Source: Oscillospiraceae bacterium | Lineage (GTDB): Bacteria; Bacillota; Clostridia; Oscillospirales; Ruminococcaceae | Length of the DNA stretch: 64,000 nt | Reading direction: 5' to 3' | Assembly (NCBI GenBank): GCA_014799365.1 | Contig: JAAVIF010000075.1 | Location: 6 to 64,005, forward strand | In this document: positions 41,300 through 50,474 of the stretch, one piece after another | Layout of the letters: each line of letters begins with the position of its first letter | Numbering within the stretch: position 1 is the first letter of the stretch | The notes under the pieces: generated by a model | What the model saw: only the letters and a program-made list of their open reading frames with translations | Database searches by the model: none | Told to the model about the DNA's origin: nothing | Translations under genes and position numbers: made by a program

Positions 41300-43009
41300 A
41301 TGACAACAATTAACAATTTTTTATTAGTTAGGAGTGAGACAATTTTGAATTTGGTGTTAGAATATTGCATGTCAAAATACTATAGTGAATATGACACAGA
41401 AGCATTATTAGATAAAATACAAAAATCTATTGACCCACAGATAACAAATATATGTAAGGAATTTCAATTTATTTTTCATAAAATGCTCTATAATGACCCT
41501 TGCTTATATTGGAATAAAGATGTTTATGTTCAAACATCTTCTTTGCTGGAATCACTTTTTCAAAACTTTGGGAATAACCTTGAAATTGATGAGCCCATAT
41601 TTAATTATTTTTTAATGGGTTATAATTCATATTGTCAAATTTCAGATATTATTGCTGATTTAAGAAACTTTAATTTGCCACATGATATAAAAACAAGACT
41701 ATATCGAATTCCTACATATACTACGCTATTAGAAGGATGTTTGTCTAACTTTTTACGGGTTATAGCTATATTAACTGGCAAAGGAATAGGAAAAGACTAT
41801 TCTACTCAGAATTCACTTGGCAATTTGATTAATAATGTAATGAGTCCAAATGGCTATAATGAAATTTCAAAAAATGTTGATGTAAATCTTAGAAATGCTA
41901 TTAACCATGGTAAAGTATTGATGAAAAAGACACCAGGTAATCGCATTTGTTTTTCCTACGTAGAAAATCATATTGCAAAATGCAAAGAAATGTCGGAATA
42001 TGATTTTGATGATATAATAAACAACACTTTTGATTTAGTTAGTGCAGTATTGTTATCTCTTTTAAAATTTATGAATAATCATATAACAATTATTAAAATT
42101 GATGAGTTCAAAAAAACATATGAATCTTTTTCACTTCTTGCAATGCGCATTAGTATGCCAGGAATCTGTTGTCATAACATAAGTGATACTGGCAACTTAA
42201 AGCAATTGAACGTTGAAATTGAAGTAGAAAACACAGATCGCACCTACATGGCTCAAATAGCTATAATGTTATCAATAATAGTTTATGAAAAATATAATGA
42301 TTATGAACAGTATATGTTTAATTTCAGTAATCCTAGAATGGCAAACAGTTGGATTAGGTTCAAAAATCGAGAAGTTCAAGAAATGAGCAACAATGTAGAA
42401 TCTTTCAACAATATTATTATTGAAGCAATTAAAAGAGAAGATGTGGTTATATTTGACCCATCAACTGAAGATGTAGATTTAAACGAAATAAAATATTTTT
42501 GTTTTCCAAACTACAATTCGGAATTGTTTATAATCAATAATGTAGAAGATGCAAGCCTAGAACAGCGTAAACGTTTAAAGGCACATATGTATATTGGCGA
42601 AATAACTGAAAAGCAAGAAATTTTAGAAATAATATATCAAGCAATTAACTGGCTAAAGACATTAAAGAATCCCCCATCAGCTACAATTCCTCAAAAACAT
42701 GGTAATATGGAAGCAGATTCTTTGTATATAAATGTGTATAAATACGATACTCGAAAAAATAAAGAATTGTTTCCTAATAACGAAAATTTTGTTTGCTTTG
42801 TGGATTATAATTTGTCAGGAAACACCACTTTGGTTTGTGGCGGATTATTGCAATCGTTATGGAAACAATTTCACCATGAGAAAATTGATAAAATTAATAT
42901 AGCATGGCGTGAAGGAAAATATGTTGTAAGAAAAGTTAAAAAAGTAGGACGAAACGAACTATGTCCTTGCGGCAGTGGGAAGAAATATAAAAAATGTTGT
43001 GGACAATAG
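41300..43009 (+). CDS. Uncharacterised protein with a HEPN-like RxxxxH motif and C-terminal SEC-C motif
   Basis: LRNAINHG; KVGRNELCPCGSGKKYKKCCG. Confidence 0.65.
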   Translation: MTTINNFLLVRSETILNLVLEYCMSKYYSEYDTEALLDKIQKSIDPQITNICKEFQFIFHKMLYNDPCLYWNKDVYVQTSSLLESLFQNFGNNLEIDEPIFNYFLMGYNSYCQISDIIADLRNFNLPHDIKTRLYRIPTYTTLLEGCLSNFLRVIAILTGKGIGKDYSTQNSLGNLINNVMSPNGYNEISKNVDVNLRNAINHGKVLMKKTPGNRICFSYVENHIAKCKEMSEYDFDDIINNTFDLVSAVLLSLLKFMNNHITIIKIDEFKKTYESFSLLAMRISMPGICCHNISDTGNLKQLNVEIEVENTDRTYMAQIAIMLSIIVYEKYNDYEQYMFNFSNPRMANSWIRFKNREVQEMSNNVESFNNIIIEAIKREDVVIFDPSTEDVDLNEIKYFCFPNYNSELFIINNVEDASLEQRKRLKAHMYIGEITEKQEILEIIYQAINWLKTLKNPPSATIPQKHGNMEADSLYINVYKYDTRKNKELFPNNENFVCFVDYNLSGNTTLVCGGLLQSLWKQFHHEKIDKINIAWREGKYVVRKVKKVGRNELCPCGSGKKYKKCCGQ

Positions 43010-43136
43010 ATGATAGTTTTTGAAAAACATATTAAAATAATTAATTAAATTCTTTGAGTTGTTTAACTTGCTTTAGATATTTTGATTGTAATATAAAATT
43101 AACCGTTATGATAAGTTTTTAAACTTACTGTAACGG

Positions 43137-44300
43137 TTAATTTATTATCGAAATATAGCTACTTTGGTATGTGTGTCCATATGAGATGTGCACAGTGGTT
43201 GATATATCCGAGTGCCCCAAGAAGTTTGAGACGTTTATCAATGGCACTTCGTTTCCGATCAGTATGCTTGCAAACGTGTGGCGCAGATCGTGAAATCGTA
43301 TGTGCCTCATACCAAGCCTTTTCAGCAAATCGCTGAAGTGCTGAGTCACATAGGAGGGTTTCATCAGCTCGCCAAGCTGGTTTACACAGACGTAATCTTC
43401 AAACTCACGGCTGTAGCTGCTCTTGAACATTTTCTTATACACTGCCTGTTTTTCCTTTTCGTTAAGGAGCATTTCATATACAGGATCGGGCAGTGGCAAG
43501 GTTCTGCGGCTTGATTTATTTTTCATTTCCTCTATGGGAATGGGCGGTGCGCCCACCTCGTCGCTGTCAACGATTTTTGTATCAAGCAGCACTGTTTTTT
43601 GCTCCCAATCTATCCTTGACCACCTGATTCCAAGTGCCTCGCTGCGCCTTAATCCAAGTCCACCTGCCAGCATAATTGCAGGGTATAATGGGTCGGTTCT
43701 GCTCTTTTCAAGCAGTTCCAACAGCTCGGCTTCGGTGTAATTTTCGCCTTGAAATTTGTTTTTCTTCGGTCGTTCGATTCGGTCAAATGGATTTGAATCT
43801 ATCAGCTCGTCCTTGAATGCTTGCTTAAATGCTCGGTGCAGAATTGCGTGATAGTGAATGACTGTGTTGGCTTTCACGCCGTCGCTGAACAGGTATTCAT
43901 AAAATTTATTTATGTCTTTTGGGGTGATGTTTTCAATCGTAATCTTAGGGTATTTGTTGAAGTAAGATTGAATTTTTCCGTAGATCATATTGTGGTAGCT
44001 GCGCCTTGTATTGAGCTGCAGCTCCGATTCTGCTCTTTTTAAGTAGGCACACATGTACTCAAATATTGATATGTCGGCATCGGAGCGGTCTTTTCTTGCC
44101 AGCATTGCGGCGTATTCTTCTTCAAATTTACTCACCACCTCTCTGTACGCTTTTTGGATTTTGGTTTTGTTGCTCCCTTCGGGAAGATCCAATGTCCTCC
44201 ACACTGATTTTGATCTTCCGTTTTCTTTGATCTGAATTACCGCATACAGTCTGCCCTTTTTACACTGCACACTTGCGGCGAGGGAATTTTTTACTGCCAT
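43137..44300 (-). CDS. Tyrosine integrase, interrupted at 43196 (codons 1-368 native, then a tail read from the inserted element)
   Basis: GLRRSE, HDLRH and LGH motifs; the native catalytic-Tyr segment lies at 34556-34639. Confidence 0.9.
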   Translation of the reverse strand: MAVKNSLAASVQCKKGRLYAVIQIKENGRSKSVWRTLDLPEGSNKTKIQKAYREVVSKFEEEYAAMLARKDRSDADISIFEYMCAYLKRAESELQLNTRRSYHNMIYGKIQSYFNKYPKITIENITPKDINKFYEYLFSDGVKANTVIHYHAILHRAFKQAFKDELIDSNPFDRIERPKKNKFQGENYTEAELLELLEKSRTDPLYPAIMLAGGLGLRRSEALGIRWSRIDWEQKTVLLDTKIVDSDEVGAPPIPIEEMKNKSSRRTLPLPDPVYEMLLNEKEKQAVYKKMFKSSYSREFEDYVCVNQLGELMKPSYVTQHFSDLLKRLGMRHIRFHDLRHTFASILIGNEVPLINVSNFLGHSDISTTVHISYGHTYQSSYISIIN

Positions 44301-44628
44301 TTTCTGACCATCCTTTCTTCAAAATATATCCGCCATCTGCAAGACGAATAATATCACAGGTTTCCGAGGAAGTCCAGAGATTATCCGCAGTTTCATCGTT
44401 ACCAACATGAATGGGGTTCGATTTTTGACAGTTTCCGAGCCGCAGATAATCAATTATATTTGACTTGGCTATCCGCATTTCCCGACCGATCTTCACCGCT
44501 GGGATCTCTCCCAAATTTATTATTTTGTAGATAGTTTTGGTACAAACTCTTAAGATTTCTGCCGCCTCTTTTACCGTTAAGGCTTCGGGATAGTTGCGGA
44601 GAGATTTTGCGTATTCCTTTTTTGTCAT
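44260..44628 (-). CDS. Excisionase-like HTH_17 protein
   Basis: LTVKEAAEILRVCTKTIYKIINLGEIPAVKIG. Confidence 0.85.
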   Translation of the reverse strand: MTKKEYAKSLRNYPEALTVKEAAEILRVCTKTIYKIINLGEIPAVKIGREMRIAKSNIIDYLRLGNCQKSNPIHVGNDETADNLWTSSETCDIIRLADGGYILKKGWSENGSKKFPRRKCAV

Positions 44629-45059
44629 GCTTTTGGTTTTCCTTTCGTTTTTATTTTGGCTAAATTGTTTTTGAGTTGATTTGTGTTACAACCACCTATT
44701 AAATCCCTTTAAATAGCCACTTTTTGGTTTTACAGACACCTATTTTAAAAAATTTTGTTGTTACCGACACCTATCGTCAAAATGAACAAGCCGCCTTAAA
44801 ACCCCTTTACGCTCGGCTTTGCCGGGCGTTGTGAACGAGCGAGGGGCGTTTACAGCCACCGCTCTTTAACTTGCATCGAAATCATACATCTGTCCCTTGC
44901 CCTGATCTGTCAAAATGCACAATTTCACAATCCCTCCAAATTTGCGAAATTTTTGGGGGATCTATGTAGGGCGGCATAGTACCCTGCCCCTTGTCAAAGA
45001 GCTCACAAACTCCTCAAATTTTTGCTGTTTGGGGGTTGTTTTTTGTTACCGATTTATCC

Positions 45060-45196
45060 AGTGACGATATGACGATATTTTTTCGGATAGTGGTTTTCTA
45101 AAATATCGTCATGGCATAAATCCAAGCTGTGAAAGGATTTGCCGAGAATTTATATTTAACCGTCACGCTGAATTTTTAACCGTCATATCGTCATTG
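45060..45196. repeat. Iteron-like GACGATAT and AACCGTCA repeats, candidate replication origin
   Basis: gacgatatgacgatat, inverted atatcgtca copies and tttaaccgtca x2, directly downstream of the AAA_25 gene. Confidence 0.5.
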
Positions 45197-45215
45197 GAGT
45201 TTGGGAGGGTGTAAG

Positions 45216-46176
45216 TCAGGAGGAGTTCTCTTTTTTCACCTGCCTGAATTTCAGAAACTCAATTCCGATTTTTCCTAACTCTTTTTCAAAACGTTTCAGT
45301 TTTCTTGAGATCACATTCGGTTTTATATTATCACTGAGTTTCTCAGCAAGCTCCGAGGCTGTTCCCTGAAAGAAATTTTCCTTTCGAATGAATTCTATCA
45401 GTGAACACATTGTTGCATCATTTTTGAAGTTTTCTTCATCGGGAGTGTCGGAAGAAATAAATTCCCACTCGCAGCTGTCCTTGCTGAATTCGAGAGAGAA
45501 AATTTTTTTCTTCGATATCTCTTCCTCGAATAAACAACTTTGCTTTTGTATCGAGTGGATCATCTTTTTTCAAAATGTAACTACCGTCTGCTGCGCCGAT
45601 CAATCCCGTTGAGCCGCTCACCATAAGGTGCGGATCGCTGTTCGGCTGCTTTCTTAAATGCTGTACACCCAATATGGTGATCGAATACTTATCTGCAATT
45701 TCTTTCAGCATACTGATGTCCTTGTAATCGGCGGCATATACGCTCCCCTCGCCTGCTCCGTCACGGATTTTTTGAAGTGTGTCTATCACTATCAGAACCG
45801 TATCCGAATGTTCTGCGATAAATATTTCTATCTGTTCCGTCACACCTCTCGACAAGGATTCGGCGTGGGTTGCAAAGTGAAGTTTTTCGGGAGCATAATC
45901 TGTCAGGTCAAGCAGTCTTTGCTGTATTCTGATCACGCTGTCCTCCAAGCAAAGGTAAAGTACAGAACCTTGTTTGGTTGGCAAGTTCCAAAAAGGTTCA
46001 CCCTTTGAAACTTGAAGACAAAGTGAGAGCAGCAGCCATGATTTTCCCACCTTTGGAGTACCCGCCAAGATATGAAATCCTTGAGGAAGAAAATTTTCTA
46101 CTGCAAATTTTATTGGCGGCAGTTCCATTTCCAAGAGTGTTGAGCCGTTAATGGTTTTGATTTTTTCTTTTGTCAT
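45216..46176 (-). pseudogene. AAA_25/RepA-like helicase with a frameshift in an A7 tract (45503-45509)
   Basis: GTPKVGKS and IVIDTLQ motifs; the C-terminus IFSLEF...GTASEL continues in another frame. Confidence 0.7.
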
Positions 46177-46301
46177 ATTTTTTCCTTTCTGCTATTTATT
46201 TTTGAGGCTGATTGTGATAAAATAATAATATAAAATTTCTATTTTGAAAATATCAAATTGTTATTTCGAATTTTTTGCAATTATCACTTGGAGACAGAAA
46301 A

Positions 46302-47111
46302 ATGAATAAGAAAACAGGACTTTACATTTCCACGGAAAGAAAAAATATTTATAGGACAGTGTATTCGATGAGGGGAGAAACAATTATGTCGCCTACCACC
46401 GTTGAAGAAGAAATAATAAGCATATCCGAATTGGATTTGGGCAATTACATAAAAGTCTTAGATGAAATGCTTGAACCCTACTTTCCCCAAAGGTCGCTTT
46501 CCACTACCTTTGATGATATTTATAAAACTTTTTGCTCAGTGCTGGAAAGTATTGAGGATTTTAATATTTTATATGGCACTCTGATTCGTATGGAGGTTTT
46601 CAAAAACATGCCTGCCGATGACTGAAGTGAAGAATATTATCTAAAAGCAAAAAAGAATATCATTTACGGTCTGTCCGAGTTGACTGACATCAACTACACC
46701 GTAAATGATATTCTCAAAAATTTATCTTTGGGTAAGGAAATCGATATGACCTACACCTATACCAAATACAACCAAGCCGATTGTATTCACTGTTTTTATA
46801 TGGGCAAAGAATTTAGAGAGGAATTATATTTCGATTCTCTGCAAAGCTATTTTTCGTTTTTGATAATGAAATTTTTAAGCAGTAAGCATAAGGTGGTGCG
46901 CTGTAGCTGCTGCGGTAAGTTTTTTATTCCCAAAACCAAGAGGGAAACACTTTACTGCGATAGGATCGCAAAGAACGGACGAACCTGCAAACAGGTTGGC
47001 CCAGCGCTTTCGGAGTATTTTCAGTGGTTGGATAGGGCGGAGAGGACGAGGTCGGAGTTTTTGAAAGGGGAGATTTCGGAGGAAGAGGCGTTAGGAGTTA
47101 TTTGTGTTTGA
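46302..47111 (+). pseudogene. DUF6076-like Cys-motif protein split by an in-frame TGA (46623-46625)
   Basis: The two ORFs are in frame (PADD*SEEYY...LSELTD); CSCCGKFFIP...YCDR...TCKQVG motif. Confidence 0.6.
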
Positions 47112-47163
47112 CTTATATATTTTTTTGTCACATAATTAAATAAAAACATAGGAGGTATCCACA

Positions 47164-47853
47164 ATGATAGAAGAAGTAAGAAAACGAGTATGTAAATTAT
47201 TAGATAAAGATAATTCCGGTCATGGTATGGAACATGTTGAACGAGTTTTAAAAATGTCCTTAAAGTTTGCCGAAACGGAAAATGCCAATGAAGAAATAGC
47301 TGCTTTAATAGCATTACTGCATGATGTTGATGATTATAAATTATTTGGCGTTAAAGATGCCGATAATTTAACAAATGCCGGAAAAATTTTAGAGCAATGT
47401 TCTGTTGAAGGTAATATTAAAGAGCAAGTTTTGAATGCTATTAAAACCATTGGTTACAGCAAAAGATTAAAAGGCATCAGTCCGGTAACACTTGAGGGTA
47501 TGATAGTATCTGATGCTGATATGTGTGACAGCATTGGTGCTACCGGAATACTTCGCAGTTATCAATATAATTTAGCTCATGGCAATTTGTTTTTTGATAA
47601 AAATATATACCCTGCATTAAATATGTCTGCAGCTGATTATATGGCAAAAAAGGGTGGAACCGTTGTTACTCATATGTTTGAAAAATTATTAAAATTAAAG
47701 GATCTGATGCTGACCGATTCCGGGAAAAAAGAAGCGATAGAAAGGCATAATATTATGATTGATTTTCTCTATCGCTTTTTTGAAGAAGAAAATGTTCCGG
47801 AGTGGATTGATTATTTGGATAATTATCTTAATCAGAGCTCAATGAGCAATTGA
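47164..47853 (+). CDS. HD-domain phosphohydrolase
   Basis: GHGMEH, LLHDVDD and DAD motifs. Confidence 0.85.
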   Translation: MIEEVRKRVCKLLDKDNSGHGMEHVERVLKMSLKFAETENANEEIAALIALLHDVDDYKLFGVKDADNLTNAGKILEQCSVEGNIKEQVLNAIKTIGYSKRLKGISPVTLEGMIVSDADMCDSIGATGILRSYQYNLAHGNLFFDKNIYPALNMSAADYMAKKGGTVVTHMFEKLLKLKDLMLTDSGKKEAIERHNIMIDFLYRFFEEENVPEWIDYLDNYLNQSSMSN

Positions 47854-47900
47854 GTATCTATTGATGATACGCTTAAACTTATTGTGTACGCTCACGATGG

Positions 47901-48632
47901 TTATTTTTTCTTTTGAAAAATTAAATGATGGAAGAAAGAAAAACTGTTATATTCATTTAAATTACAAGTTCTCATTTCTAACGCAAGCATGTCATCATAC
48001 CATTCCTGAGTAAACTTGATATCATTGTTTTTTGACAGTGCAAAAAATGTGCGGATACCAAACATATTTTCTATTGATAGACCATATTTAAGTCCTAATC
48101 CAATAATATAATCATCGTCATAAGTATCACGCTTGCCAAATAAATTTTCTTCATTATCGCCGCTCTCCAACAAATCAAGCGCAGCTTTTGGATTATCCGA
48201 AAAGACCGCATACGCCACAATTCTTCCCATAAGATTATGTTTAACTACCGAAAGTTTTCCGCCCGGCTTTAATATTCTCGCAAGCTCCTTTAGTATCAAT
48301 TCTTTATCTGGAAAATATTCCAGAACATTGTGGCATATCACAAAATCAAACGAATTGTCCGCATAGCCGTTCAGGACTTCAATACCGCCGTGTATTATAT
48401 CAAAATGATTATCATGTATGCTTAACTTGATCATTTCCTCATTAGGTTCAACGGCGGTTACTGTATGGTGTTTGGAATAATGATTGGCTGTGACACAGAA
48501 TCCTGCCCCGAAGTCAAGTATCTTTAAAGAAACGCTATCCGATAAATCAAGCTGTCTGAATATTATATCATAGAACATTCTTCCCCAAGGTTTGTCCATA
48601 AGATGTCGGTAATCGTTAATAGAATTTGGCAT
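47901..48632 (-). CDS. Class I SAM-dependent methyltransferase
   Basis: ILDFGAG, FDFVICHNVLEY and LKPGG. Confidence 0.85.
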   Translation of the reverse strand: MPNSINDYRHLMDKPWGRMFYDIIFRQLDLSDSVSLKILDFGAGFCVTANHYSKHHTVTAVEPNEEMIKLSIHDNHFDIIHGGIEVLNGYADNSFDFVICHNVLEYFPDKELILKELARILKPGGKLSVVKHNLMGRIVAYAVFSDNPKAALDLLESGDNEENLFGKRDTYDDDYIIGLGLKYGLSIENMFGIRTFFALSKNNDIKFTQEWYDDMLALEMRTCNLNEYNSFSFFHHLIFQKKK

Positions 48633-48707
48633 ATAATCTCCCTCGCTGAATTTTGATTTTTGCTATGTTTTTTGTCAAGCTGTGTTATCTCTTCCGAAAA
48701 AGAAAGT

Positions 48708-49051
48708 TTATCGTACAGGGACATAATTGATTTCGGAAATTTCATCTGTTGTTTCCAGCTTAAAAATAACAGGTCTTAATCCATCATTGCAGCTGCAAAT
48801 TGCAACGCCAGGCTTTCTGATCCAATCTCCATAATAAAAAACATCATTTCCCGCCCCGTGAGCTAATGCAAACACATATTGATAAATAGCTTTCCATGCT
48901 TCATCGCAAAAGCCTTCGGGCTTTGCATAATCAGCGTAAAACACCTGACCTTTTTTCATCATTGGACAAGCGGATAAATTTTCTGCGCCTATTCTTCAGC
49001 AAGCTCTTTATCCAATGTTGTTTTTAAAACTGTGATTTTTACTTTTTTCAT
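48708..49051 (-). pseudogene. TIGR04076-like small protein with a frameshift near 48990
   Basis: MKKVKITVLKTT...LAEE then TAG; C-terminal GFCDEAW...CNDGLRPVIFKLE in another frame. Confidence 0.7.
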
Positions 49052-49154
49052 ATTGTTTCTCCTTTTGAAGTTAGGATTTTTATTGCTAAAGTATTTGACC
49101 ATTCAATCTATAAATAATATAATCCATATTTGCGATACATCAAAATTCACATTC

Positions 49155-49598
49155 TTACAGAGTTAGTAAACAATGATAACGGTCAACGCTTCCATTGTCA
49201 TAATGTTTTACTTCTTTTGTTATATCAAACCCCATATTTTTATAGAAGCCAACCGCGTCATCATCTGTTTCTGCCAAAATCATATGAAGATTCATTTTAT
49301 TTGCAGATTCTCTAACCATAAAACTGCCTACTCCCTGTTTGTGAAAGCTGCTGTGAACAGCTATTCCAACTATTTCAGCGCTATTCTCATTGTTTATTGT
49401 CAAGATGATTATTCCTACTATTTTATCTTCATTAAGGCATATGAAAATTTTTGTACTTTTGTCGATAAAATAATTATTCATTTTTCTTCTGTAAGCTTCA
49501 TAAGTAGGCTTATACATACATTGACAATAAACAGTGTACGCTTTTTCTGTGAAAATCAATTCGTCTTTTTCTGTCAATTGTATATTCATAATGTCCAT
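49155..49598 (-). CDS. GNAT N-acetyltransferase
   Basis: AVHSSFHKQGVG and ETDDDAVGFYKNMGF. Confidence 0.85.
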   Translation of the reverse strand: MDIMNIQLTEKDELIFTEKAYTVYCQCMYKPTYEAYRRKMNNYFIDKSTKIFICLNEDKIVGIIILTINNENSAEIVGIAVHSSFHKQGVGSFMVRESANKMNLHMILAETDDDAVGFYKNMGFDITKEVKHYDNGSVDRYHCLLTL

Positions 49599-49789
49599 AC
49601 CTTTCAAATTTCTATCTATGTCTATATTATACTGAAAAGTTTGCGGAATTTCAAGCAAAGTTTTCAGTATTACTTAAATATTTGTATGATTTATGTAAAA
49701 CTTTTCAGTGTCAGTGGTAAAAGTCAAAAGCTTTTTTAACAACAAAAACAGTGCCGATATAATCTCAGCCACTGTTTTTATTTTTAAAA

Positions 49790-50080
49790 TCAATTTAGGT
49801 CTTTTGATAACGGGCAATCCAAATCTTCCATTACTTCAAGCATTATCAATGCACCCAATCTAAATCCTTTAATGAAATTTTCACACTCTTTAATCTGACT
49901 GATTTCTGCACTGCAATCCTTGTACTTTTCAAATATTTCTTTTTCCTTTTCGCTTAAATTTTCCATTAGGTTATCAGCGTTTCTGGATAAAAGATTCAGC
50001 ATTTCGGTAAGCTTGGCGTTGTTCTTCAAAAACCTGCTGTCGTTGATGTTACCGTACCATAGTTCTTCTAATATTCGCAT
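49790..50080 (-). CDS. DUF6809-like small MGE protein
   Basis: ILEELWYGNI...FIKGFRLGA pattern; GGAGG RBS. Confidence 0.65.
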   Translation of the reverse strand: MRILEELWYGNINDSRFLKNNAKLTEMLNLLSRNADNLMENLSEKEKEIFEKYKDCSAEISQIKECENFIKGFRLGALIMLEVMEDLDCPLSKDLN

Positions 50081-50474
50081 GTTTCCTCCTTAATGAAAGA
50101 GTGCTGCTTGAAATCGGAAAGTAAATCCGATAACAAGCCGCACTTTTCTTTCGTATTCGATTTTCTGATTGTTTGTTGTGGCATTTAATGCACCTCCTTG
50201 TAGGAACACACAATACCACAAAAACTTGGAAAAGTCAAGCGAAATATTAAAAAAGCTGAGTCGGCGTTTTGCCGAGTCAGAAAAATAATGGTGAAGTGTA
50301 AACTGAATTATACTGCAAAAATGTATATAAGCAATCTGTACCGTTTTTATTAGATAAAATACATCATGGCGTAGAAAAACAGCTTAGAATTTAAAAGTTT
50401 TTATTAATTTTAAGCAAAAACTATTGATTTTCAGATATTTTTTTGGTATACTAACAGCAAAAGGAGAAAATGCT

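Larger units (their letters stand above)
34640..43196. mobile_element. 8,557-bp serine-recombinase element nested in the tyrosine integrase gene
   Basis: Inverted ends 34646-34664 and 43170-43188, each 6 bp from a GT dinucleotide (34638-39, 43195-96); encodes a large serine recombinase. Confidence 0.88.

Noticed and set aside
46623-46625. Selenocysteine or programmed read-through at the in-frame TGA
   Set aside because: No evident SECIS-like hairpin or catalytic Cys context; a TGG-to-TGA nonsense change in a decaying gene is simpler.
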